A DNA stretch of 64,000 nt, taken from positions 2,144,001-2,208,000 of the forward strand of contig OZ244052.1 of NCBI GenBank assembly GCA_965215125.1, in the 5' to 3' direction. The first letter of the stretch is position 1; every line of letters starts with the position of its first letter. The notes beneath the pieces were generated by a model that had not been told where the DNA came from, made no database searches, and worked only from the letters and a program-made list of their open reading frames with translations. This document shows, piece by piece, positions 45,041-52,671 of this stretch. Position numbers and translations under genes: made by a program. This stretch comes from an uncultured candidatus Porisulfidus sp. (lineage in GTDB: Bacteria; Pseudomonadota; Gammaproteobacteria; Poriferisulfidales; Oxydemutatoraceae).

Positions 45041-45654
45041 ATGCCAAATTTATTACCTTAGAAGGTTTGGAAGGAACCGGGAAAAGCACGCAAACTAACG
45101 AAATAGCCAATTATTTACGCAACAAGGGTGTGAAAGTCTATATCACGCAGGAGCCGGGAGGAACTCGACTAGGAGAAAAAATACGCAAATGGCTACTAGA
45201 TCCCGAACATCGGATAGCCGAAATAAGTGAATTATTGTTATTTTATGCAGCCCGCACGCAGCATATAGAACAGCAAATAAAGCCTGCGCTTCAGAGAGGT
45301 ACCTGGGTGATTTGTGACCGCTTTATGGACTCCAGCTATGCTTATCAGGGAGGAGGGCGCAACATTCCCTTAGATTATATAGAGCAACTCAACCGAATGG
45401 CAGTGCCTATAAAACCGGATTTAACTTTATTATTAGATATGTCTCCTAACCATATATGGCAACGAATAAATTCTGATAATCTTGATCGCTTTGAACAAGA
45501 AGATACGGTATTTTTTGAGCAGGTACGAAATGCTTATTTGCAATGCGCCGATAACCACTCCCAGCGTATTAAAATCATCAATGCCGAGCAAGACATAACC
45601 GAAGTGACAAAAATGATTATAGAACACTTGAAACCGTTGACGAAACAACTATGA
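45037..45654 (+). CDS. tmk: Thymidylate kinase
   Basis: FITLEGLEGTGKST, CDRFMDSSYAYQG. Confidence 0.97.
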   Translation: MNAKFITLEGLEGTGKSTQTNEIANYLRNKGVKVYITQEPGGTRLGEKIRKWLLDPEHRIAEISELLLFYAARTQHIEQQIKPALQRGTWVICDRFMDSSYAYQGGGRNIPLDYIEQLNRMAVPIKPDLTLLLDMSPNHIWQRINSDNLDRFEQEDTVFFEQVRNAYLQCADNHSQRIKIINAEQDITEVTKMIIEHLKPLTKQL

Positions 45655-46607
45655 TTATGCCTGAACTTTATCCATGGCAACACGATACATGGCAGAATTG
45701 GCAACATTATTTAACCCAATCAAAAATACCACATGCGTTGCTACTACACGGGCGTCGTGGCTGCGGCGTGCATGATTTTGCTTTAAGATTATGCTGTAGC
45801 TTATTGTGTAACAGTGATAATAATTCCAAACTATGCCTAGAATGTGGAGGTTGTCGCCTTTTCTTGACAGGCAATCACCCTGATTATCTGATGATAGAAG
45901 CTGAACAAGATCAAATCAAAATAGAACAAGTGCGTTATGCTATAAATTTTTTACAACTTAGCCGGCATTATCCGAACCATAAGATCGTATTGATTAAAGA
46001 GGTTGATAAGCTAAATTATGCGGCAGCAAATAGTCTACTTAAAACATTGGAAGAACCTCCTGTAGAATCGATTATTTTAATGACCTGCAGACAGCCTTCG
46101 ACATTAACTCCTACAATACGCAGCCGCTGTCATCGCATCCATATAAAAGAACCGGGTACGGAAGCTATCGCTTGGCTTGCCTTCGAAATGTCTATATCCG
46201 AGGAAGCTGCAAAGCAAAAATTGATGCTTTCTAACAATAGTCCGTTAATAGCCTTAGAGGAAGCATCCGATAAACCGAATAAGCTATTATTTTATCGGGA
46301 ATTAGAGCAATGGATGGCTAAGCAGATTACTACTCATGATTTTGTCGATCGTTGGTGCGATAAGCGTGCCGATGAAATTCAACAATGGCTGTTGGAACAT
46401 TTGCAACATACGATAATAAAGCAAGTTAAAGAAATGGCTTTTAATCAAATCAATTCGACATCAACCGAAGCTAATCCGAAAAATCTGCTCTATTGGTTGT
46501 ATCAACGACAAATCGAACGATGCCGCTTTGCCAAACAGAATATCAATCCGCGCCTATTATTGGAAGGGGGTTTGCTGGAATGGCGGAAGGCTACCTACAA
46601 TCGTTAA
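45651..46607 (+). CDS. holB: DNA polymerase III delta-prime subunit
   Basis: YPWQ, PHALLLHG, CxxCxxC...GNHPD, AANSLLKTLEEPP, TIRSRC. Confidence 0.93.
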   Translation: MIMPELYPWQHDTWQNWQHYLTQSKIPHALLLHGRRGCGVHDFALRLCCSLLCNSDNNSKLCLECGGCRLFLTGNHPDYLMIEAEQDQIKIEQVRYAINFLQLSRHYPNHKIVLIKEVDKLNYAAANSLLKTLEEPPVESIILMTCRQPSTLTPTIRSRCHRIHIKEPGTEAIAWLAFEMSISEEAAKQKLMLSNNSPLIALEEASDKPNKLLFYRELEQWMAKQITTHDFVDRWCDKRADEIQQWLLEHLQHTIIKQVKEMAFNQINSTSTEANPKNLLYWLYQRQIERCRFAKQNINPRLLLEGGLLEWRKATYNR

Positions 46608-47761
46608 CCGTTTTCGTGTAGTAGTTCAAGTGCCGTATCCAATTCCTCGGCTTTATTGTAAAAATGCGGAGACAGGCGTATGCCACCGCCGCGATAAGCG
46701 CAAAATACTTTATTTTTCGTGAGGTGCTTAAACAATGCTTTGGTGTCTCGTCTCAGTGACTTAAATGTAAAGATACCACCGCGTCGCGCTTTATCATCGG
46801 GTGTAAGCGGTTCAAATCGGCTTCGGTCTAGATGTTCTGCCAAATAATTAACATTCAAAGCAATTTGTCTATATATTTCGGCAATACCGATTTCCATCAA
46901 CAAAGCTAAGCTGGCATGCAATGCATAAATACCTATATGATTCAAGCTACCACATTCAAAACGGCTTGCATTTGCTTTGGGTTGCCACTTTAATATATCG
47001 GATTCGTTGTATAGTACGTCGTAATTATTACAATCATCTATCATATTCCAACCGTATTGGTTTAATTTCAACTTAGGTATATGCAAGTTTCTGCAGTAGA
47101 GTAGGGCGATGCCCTCGGGAGCTAATAACCATTTATGGGCATCGGCAGCTAAAAAATCAATACAGCTATTTTGCACATCTACTGCAGCTGCACCTAAACT
47201 TTGTATCGCATCGACACAAAACAGAATATCGGCAGTGCGGCAGTATTGCCCTAAATAATTCAAGTCCATACGATAGCCTGTTGCGTATTGTATGGAACTG
47301 ACGGCGATCAGACGAGTATGTTCGTTGCTTGCGTCAATCAACGCTTGCTCGGGAGTTTCTGCTGCATATAAGTCAACGACCCGTACTTCTATAGCATGGG
47401 TATTTTTCAAAGACTCCCAAACTATCCTATTAGAAGGAAATTCTTGCTTGCCGACTATGATATTATCCTTGGCTTGCCAATCTATACCGTAAGCGATAAG
47501 CGATAAAGCCTCCGAAGTATTTTTGAGCAGGGCAATCTCGTCTTTGTTTTCGGCATTGATTAAGTTTGCGAGCATAGCGCGCAGAGTGGCGGCGTGTTTG
47601 AACCAATCCGCCGAGCGTATCGCACCGTATCGTGCGTTCTCTTCGGCAAAATGATATATTGCACGAACGGTACGCATCGGCCATCGACCTACGCCGGCAT
47701 GATTTAGATGAATTATATCGGTATGTGGAAATTCATCTGTAATTGCTTTTATAATATCCAC
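46604..47761 (-). CDS. Class V PLP-dependent aminotransferase / cysteine desulfurase-like enzyme
   Basis: HLNHAG, NTSEAL, EFPSN, VDAIQSLG, AHKWLL (PLP Lys), IRLSPHFYN. Confidence 0.9.
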   Translation of the reverse strand: MDIIKAITDEFPHTDIIHLNHAGVGRWPMRTVRAIYHFAEENARYGAIRSADWFKHAATLRAMLANLINAENKDEIALLKNTSEALSLIAYGIDWQAKDNIIVGKQEFPSNRIVWESLKNTHAIEVRVVDLYAAETPEQALIDASNEHTRLIAVSSIQYATGYRMDLNYLGQYCRTADILFCVDAIQSLGAAAVDVQNSCIDFLAADAHKWLLAPEGIALLYCRNLHIPKLKLNQYGWNMIDDCNNYDVLYNESDILKWQPKANASRFECGSLNHIGIYALHASLALLMEIGIAEIYRQIALNVNYLAEHLDRSRFEPLTPDDKARRGGIFTFKSLRRDTKALFKHLTKNKVFCAYRGGGIRLSPHFYNKAEELDTALELLHENG

Positions 47762-47762
47762 T

Positions 47763-48722
47763 ATGGTTTACTTATTAAAAATTATCTTAGCCTTTAGCAG
47801 TTTTCTCGGCATCGCCGCCGCCGAGAACTTTAATTATGACCAAGAGCATATTATAGTGGGTTCGTTGCGTACTGTCACCGCACAAGTCGATGATACTTTT
47901 GTTGCTTTGGGGCAGCAATACTCGCTCGGCTACGACGAAATGAGAGTTGCCAACCCCGCTTTAGATGCTTGGGTACCGGAGGAGGGTAGCACAATCATTT
48001 TGCCCGGTCGCTTCATATTGCCGCAACCGGATTATAGGGGTATTTATATCAATCTGGCAGAAATGCGTATGTATTACTATATCGATGAAAATTCGGTATA
48101 TACCTATCCGATTAGCATAGGACGAGGCGACTGGTTGACCCCTCGTGCAGATGCCAAAGTTATCGATAAACTGATAAACCCGACATGGTATCCACCGGAG
48201 AGCGTGAGAGAGGAGCATGCCTTAGAAGGTGATATACTGCCGGCATCGGTGCCACCCGGTGACGATAACCCGTTGGGAAAATATGCGCTACAACTGGATT
48301 TGCCGAGCTATTTCATACACGGCACAAACCGTCCCGAGGGTATCGGTATGCGAGTGACGCATGGATGTATACGAATGCGACCCGAAGACATTGAAGTACT
48401 ATTCAATAAAACGCCGCGTGAGACTTCGGTGACGATTAAGTACGAACCTTTTAAGGTTGCGATTGATAATGGCATAGCATATCTGGAAGCTCATGACGGT
48501 GAAGATCCACAAGTACTGGCAGATTACTTAGGTGAGGCAATTATAACTATGAGTAAATTATCGAAAGGTAAATCTGTAAGCATAGATTGGGAAAAATTTA
48601 TACGCGTAGCCAAAGAATCACTGGGTATACCTACAGCCGTGAATCTAGGAGATTATCCTTTAGATTTTGTTAGGGTAGAGAGGGTGCCTAAATACGAGAA
48701 AAAGAAAGATTATGTTTTCTGA
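47763..48722 (+). CDS. L,D-transpeptidase (ErfK/YbiS/YcfS family)
   Basis: Signal peptide, INLAEMRMYY, NPTWYPP, IHGT...VTHGCIRM catalytic motif. Confidence 0.93.
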   Translation: MVYLLKIILAFSSFLGIAAAENFNYDQEHIIVGSLRTVTAQVDDTFVALGQQYSLGYDEMRVANPALDAWVPEEGSTIILPGRFILPQPDYRGIYINLAEMRMYYYIDENSVYTYPISIGRGDWLTPRADAKVIDKLINPTWYPPESVREEHALEGDILPASVPPGDDNPLGKYALQLDLPSYFIHGTNRPEGIGMRVTHGCIRMRPEDIEVLFNKTPRETSVTIKYEPFKVAIDNGIAYLEAHDGEDPQVLADYLGEAIITMSKLSKGKSVSIDWEKFIRVAKESLGIPTAVNLGDYPLDFVRVERVPKYEKKKDYVF

Positions 48723-48730
48723 TAACTAAG

Positions 48731-48757
48731 AAAAAGGGGCTTAAATAAGCCCCTTCT
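48731..48757. terminator. Hairpin between convergent ldt and lipoprotein genes; probable terminator
   Basis: AAAAAGGGGCTTA-AA-TAAGCCCCTT; T-run on the minus strand. Confidence 0.7.
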
Positions 48758-48788
48758 CCTGTTTTGCCTATATATGAAATCTATATAG

Positions 48789-49055
48789 TTATTTCATCAT
48801 GTTTTTCCGATGCATCATATGTTGACGTGAGTCGGGCATTTTCGTCATATCCATCATAGATGCTCTGACCATTGCGTCCTGTGCCATTTGTTTGGCACGA
48901 TCTGCAGCCGCTGCATTAGAATTGACTTGGAATTGAATCTCACTAAGTTGAGCACTCATTTCTTCCATCATCATCATTTGGTCTTGCGACATACCACCGC
49001 AACCTGCTAAGGACACTGTCGCTGTAGCAAGCATTGCAATTAAATATTTTTTCAT
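48789..49055 (-). CDS. Lpp/OprI-like alanine-zipper lipoprotein, Met-rich
   Basis: Lipobox LAGC, AAAADRAKQMAQDA zipper, C-terminal Lys (RKNMMK), SD AGGAG, adjacent L,D-transpeptidase. Confidence 0.85.
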   Translation of the reverse strand: MKKYLIAMLATATVSLAGCGGMSQDQMMMMEEMSAQLSEIQFQVNSNAAAADRAKQMAQDAMVRASMMDMTKMPDSRQHMMHRKNMMK

Positions 49056-49172
49056 TTTTAACTCCTTTAATAAATTAATGTATCTTAGATCTAAGATTTA
49101 TCGCCTTAGAGGAAGGCAATAAAGAACTATTTATAACATGACTTTTATGAAAATGTCAAATCATTTTCTATA

Positions 49173-49519
49173 ATGCAATCTCAACTATTTTTTGAATTAC
49201 AAGCTTCTACCAAACCAAGAAGGCAAAAGCAGTTTCACTGGGTTGTGGTAAAGAATTGTCGCAAACATATGCCACAATGAAAGATTCAGATGTTTTTCTT
49301 ATCGTGACCGATCCATCTTATTTTATTGATGGAATGGGGGATGAATGGAATAATGATAGCCTTTGGGAATGAAATTTGATGTGACACAAAAGGCATTTTC
49401 AAACGAAAAGATCGATAAAGAAACTTGGAGGAAGAAAAACCCCGCAACTCAAACCACAATGTGAATTAATTGTGATGGCTCGCAAGGCAGAGCAACGGAT
49501 TGAAACGCTTACTGTATGA
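49173..49519 (+). pseudogene. Eroded site-specific DNA methyltransferase (N6/N4 type) remnant
   Basis: Fragments in different frames: MKDSDVFLIVTDPSYFIDGMGDEWNN (DPPY-like, DPSY at 49310-49321), GMKFD, TQKAFS, KLGGRKTPQLKPQCELIVMARK. Confidence 0.65.
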
Positions 49520-49552
49520 CATTGCCAGCCCTTGAAAGTAGCAATTTGAGAT

Positions 49553-49580
49553 ACTTCGCATAATATATATTATGTTAAAT
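49553..49580. other. dif: dif-like XerC/XerD recombination site
   Basis: ACTTCGCATAA-TATATA-TTATGTTAAAT versus E. coli GGTGCGCATAA-TGTATA-TTATGTTAAAT; XerD arm identical. Confidence 0.9.
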
Positions 49581-49736
49581 TATAAATGATTTAATAAGAG
49601 CTTTTAGCTAAGCCTCAGCTGATATAATTTTGTGAGGCTCTGCTTTACTCAACTATTGCTTTTTAAAGTAGATTTCAGGGTATGCTATTTCTCTTACTGA
49701 TGGTAAAGCCAATATATGATAGTTAACAGGCTCCAA

Positions 49737-50000
49737 TCATAGGTATTTAATGACTCCGATAATCGCTAAACCAATACCGACCATCCACATGATCGTACGA
49801 TTATTCAAGCGGTACATTTCCGCTAATAATTCACCTTTTAGCTCGGCGATAGTTTTATCTACCTTCGCCATCTCTGCTTTTAAGTCTGCCTTCGTAACTA
49901 TTTCCTTTGAATTCGCAACATCAGCAACCGCCTCTTTTGCTTCGGCATCGGATACCTCCGGTATTTTTCTTAATGTATCGTATAACGCTATCTCGGCCAT
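49737..50000 (-). CDS. DUF1640/CCDC90-like coiled-coil protein with C-terminal membrane anchor, paralog B
   Basis: VTKADL neck, heptad stalk, IMWMVGIGLAIIGVIKYL TM tail; clearly paralogous to 50185-50445. Confidence 0.75.
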   Translation of the reverse strand: MAEIALYDTLRKIPEVSDAEAKEAVADVANSKEIVTKADLKAEMAKVDKTIAELKGELLAEMYRLNNRTIMWMVGIGLAIIGVIKYL

Positions 50001-50048
50001 CTCTATTTACTCCCTATCAACTCGTCTTAATGTTTATCGGCAACCTCT

Positions 50049-50150
50049 ATAGATATTCGATTATCCCCACAGCGATGCCTACCACTATTACTATCAGCCG
50101 TGGTTTCAAAAGCAATAGTATACATCAACTTCTTACCTAACAAACTTTCA
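50049..50150 (-). pseudogene. Internally deleted third paralog (promoter region fused to last ~17 codons)
   Basis: Minus strand RLIVIVVGIAVGIIEYL* duplicates the end of 50185-50445; 50100-50148 duplicates 50461-50511. Confidence 0.75.
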
Positions 50151-50184
50151 ATTGACTTATTTTTACCCTTAATCTTAGCACTAC

Positions 50185-50445
50185 TTATAAGTATTTGATT
50201 ATCCCCACAGCGATGCCTACCACTATCACTATCAGCCATCGCAAATACTTTAACTCGGCTCGTATCTCTCGTATATCGCCTTTTAGTTCTGCTATCGTTT
50301 TATCTACCTTTGCTATCTCTGATTTTAAGTCAGCCTTCGTAGCCATTTCTCTTGAACTCGCAACATCGGCAACCACTTTCTCTATTTCATCATCAGTAGT
50401 GTCAGGTATCCGTCGCAATAAATTATACAAAGCAATTTCGGTCAT
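50185..50445 (-). CDS. DUF1640/CCDC90-like coiled-coil protein with C-terminal membrane anchor, paralog A
   Basis: ATKADL neck, heptad stalk, LRWLIVIVVGIAVGIIKYL TM tail. Confidence 0.75.
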   Translation of the reverse strand: MTEIALYNLLRRIPDTTDDEIEKVVADVASSREMATKADLKSEIAKVDKTIAELKGDIREIRAELKYLRWLIVIVVGIAVGIIKYL

Positions 50446-50585
50446 CTCTATTGTCCCATTAGTGATTTCAAAAGCAATATTATACCCTAGTCCTCCTAGC
50501 TAACAAACTTTGAAATCAACAAATCCATTGCACCGCCCCGCTATTTGCTATAATTGACCCATGATACATATAACTGCAGGATGTC

Positions 50586-51392
50586 ATGGTTCTGTTCTTT
50601 AGTCTAGCTTCTATTGCTCTATATTTGATAGCAGCGTTCATGTTGTTGCGTAGCGTACGCTCGGGACTAGGCGTTGCGGCAAAGTCTTCATTAGCACTTT
50701 GGCTACTGGCAATGTTATGCCACGCGGGTGCTTTGATGCCCGAAGTTATTACTGCGGACGGTATAGACCTATCCTTGTTCAATGCAATTTCGCTATCGGC
50801 ATTACTGATTTCATTGATTTTATTCATTGTCTGCACACGACAAGCACTCTCGGCGATGGGAATGATCATCTTGCCGATAACGGCTGTTTGCGTAGCTCTA
50901 GCGCCTATAGAAACCGCCGACAAACTGGTGAGCAGTGCAATCTCGGCGGGCATACAGCTACATATCGTAGCGTCGCTACTAGCTTATAGTCTGCTGATCA
51001 TGGCAAGCATACAAGCCTTAGCGATCTATAGGCAAACTACCTACTTAAAGCTAAAAGATCAATCTACATATCGGCTAATATCCACACTACCGACACTCGA
51101 TGCAATGGAGTCTTTTCTATTTGCCTTAATCAAGTTAGGTATTTTATTATTGACAATCGGTTTAGTGAGCGGTTGGCTTTATCACGAAGATCTTTTTGCA
51201 CAGCATTTGATGCACAAGACCGTATTATCGGTAATGGCTTGGTTGGTTTTCGGTATCGTTTTGGTCGGCAAGCAATTATATGGGTGGCGCACGAGTATTG
51301 CGGTTGGTTTAGTCCTCATTGCCACCGGGCTACTGATACTAGGCTACTTAGGCAGTAAATTCGTCTTAGAAGTCATACTCGACAGAATATAA
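50586..51392 (+). CDS. Cytochrome c assembly family inner-membrane protein (YpjD/CcsA-like)
   Basis: About 8 TMs, LHIVASLLAY, LPTLDAME, HKTVLS..AW, GW, YLGSKFVLE; precedes a CorC-family gene. Confidence 0.88.
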   Translation: MVLFFSLASIALYLIAAFMLLRSVRSGLGVAAKSSLALWLLAMLCHAGALMPEVITADGIDLSLFNAISLSALLISLILFIVCTRQALSAMGMIILPITAVCVALAPIETADKLVSSAISAGIQLHIVASLLAYSLLIMASIQALAIYRQTTYLKLKDQSTYRLISTLPTLDAMESFLFALIKLGILLLTIGLVSGWLYHEDLFAQHLMHKTVLSVMAWLVFGIVLVGKQLYGWRTSIAVGLVLIATGLLILGYLGSKFVLEVILDRI

Positions 51393-51399
51393 AAGCGCA

Positions 51400-52671
51400 A
51401 TGCTGGAAGACATCCCGCTCTATATACCGATTTTAATCGTTATATTTCTATTTTTCTTATCCGCTTTCTTTTCCGGCTCGGAGACGGCATTGATGGCGGC
51501 GAACCGTTATCGTCTGGTTCACCGAGCTAAAGCCGGACAAAAAGATGCAAAAAGAGTACTGAAACTCTTAAAGAAACCGGATCAACTCATTGCTTTGATT
51601 CTATTGGGAAATAACTTAATCAATATCCTGATTGCCCAAATCTTTGCATATATAGGCTATCGTATCTACGACGAAATAGGCATAGCTATTGCGACATTCG
51701 TGTTGACTTTCTTATTATTGATATTTGCCGAGATGACACCCAAAACCATCGCGGTAATCTATCCGGATAGATTGGCTGCTATCGCCGGGCGAATCTACGT
51801 AGTATTACGCATCGTGCTCTACCCTTTTGTCAGATTTAGTAATTTGATTACCAATAGTTTACTCAGGTTATTGGGAGTCCGAAGAAATGCAAACACCGTG
51901 GAAGCTCTCAACCGTGAGGAACTGCGCACTGCGGTGACCACCGCCGGGAAACTCATTCCTGCAGAATATCGCAATATGCTACTCGGCATATTAGATCTGG
52001 ATAAGAAAACGGTTGCCGATATCATGGTGCCGCGTTCCGAAATCTATGCGATCAATCTTGCCGATCCGATCGAACAAATAGAAAAAAATATAAGCAGTGC
52101 GATTTATACGCGTATACCGCTATGCGACAAAACGATTGATAATATCGTCGGTATCTTGCATTTGCGATATCTGTTATCCGCAAACATCAAAGAATTTAAC
52201 ATCGACGCACTGAAAGAAATGGCACGCTCGCCCTACTACATTGCCGAGCATACCTCACTGACCGAGACTTTGATAAATTTTAAGAAGAACAAGCGACGAG
52301 TCGCATTAGTGACAAACGAATTCGGTGAAGTCCAAGGGTTGGCAACCATGGATGATTTACTCGAAGAGATAATCGGCGAATTCACCAATGACCCTAAAAC
52401 TTACGACACGATGATTACACAACAAAAGGACGGTAGCGTTATCGTCGACGGTGGCTGCTACATACGAGAATTGAATAAAAAGATGGGATGGGAGCTTAGC
52501 GAAGATGGTCCTAAAACCATTAATGGTTTAGTCCTAGAGCATTTAGAATTAATCCCCAAATCTGCAATCTGTATATTAATCGAAGGACACCCCTTTGAAG
52601 TCGTCAAAACATATAAAAATGCAATTAAAATAGTTAAAATACTACCACGCATACAAAAACAGACACAATGA
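51400..52671 (+). CDS. HlyC/CorC (CNNM) family transporter, YfjD-like
   Basis: SAFFSGSETA, ILLGNNLINI, EMTPKT, CBS pair, DLLEEIIGE, GPKTINGL. Confidence 0.92.
   Translation: MLEDIPLYIPILIVIFLFFLSAFFSGSETALMAANRYRLVHRAKAGQKDAKRVLKLLKKPDQLIALILLGNNLINILIAQIFAYIGYRIYDEIGIAIATFVLTFLLLIFAEMTPKTIAVIYPDRLAAIAGRIYVVLRIVLYPFVRFSNLITNSLLRLLGVRRNANTVEALNREELRTAVTTAGKLIPAEYRNMLLGILDLDKKTVADIMVPRSEIYAINLADPIEQIEKNISSAIYTRIPLCDKTIDNIVGILHLRYLLSANIKEFNIDALKEMARSPYYIAEHTSLTETLINFKKNKRRVALVTNEFGEVQGLATMDDLLEEIIGEFTNDPKTYDTMITQQKDGSVIVDGGCYIRELNKKMGWELSEDGPKTINGLVLEHLELIPKSAICILIEGHPFEVVKTYKNAIKIVKILPRIQKQTQ

Noticed and set aside
50027-50239. 70-aa ORF with repeated ADS.SGRHRCGDN
   Set aside because: Alternative-frame read of the duplicated TM-coding DNA of the DUF1640-like array
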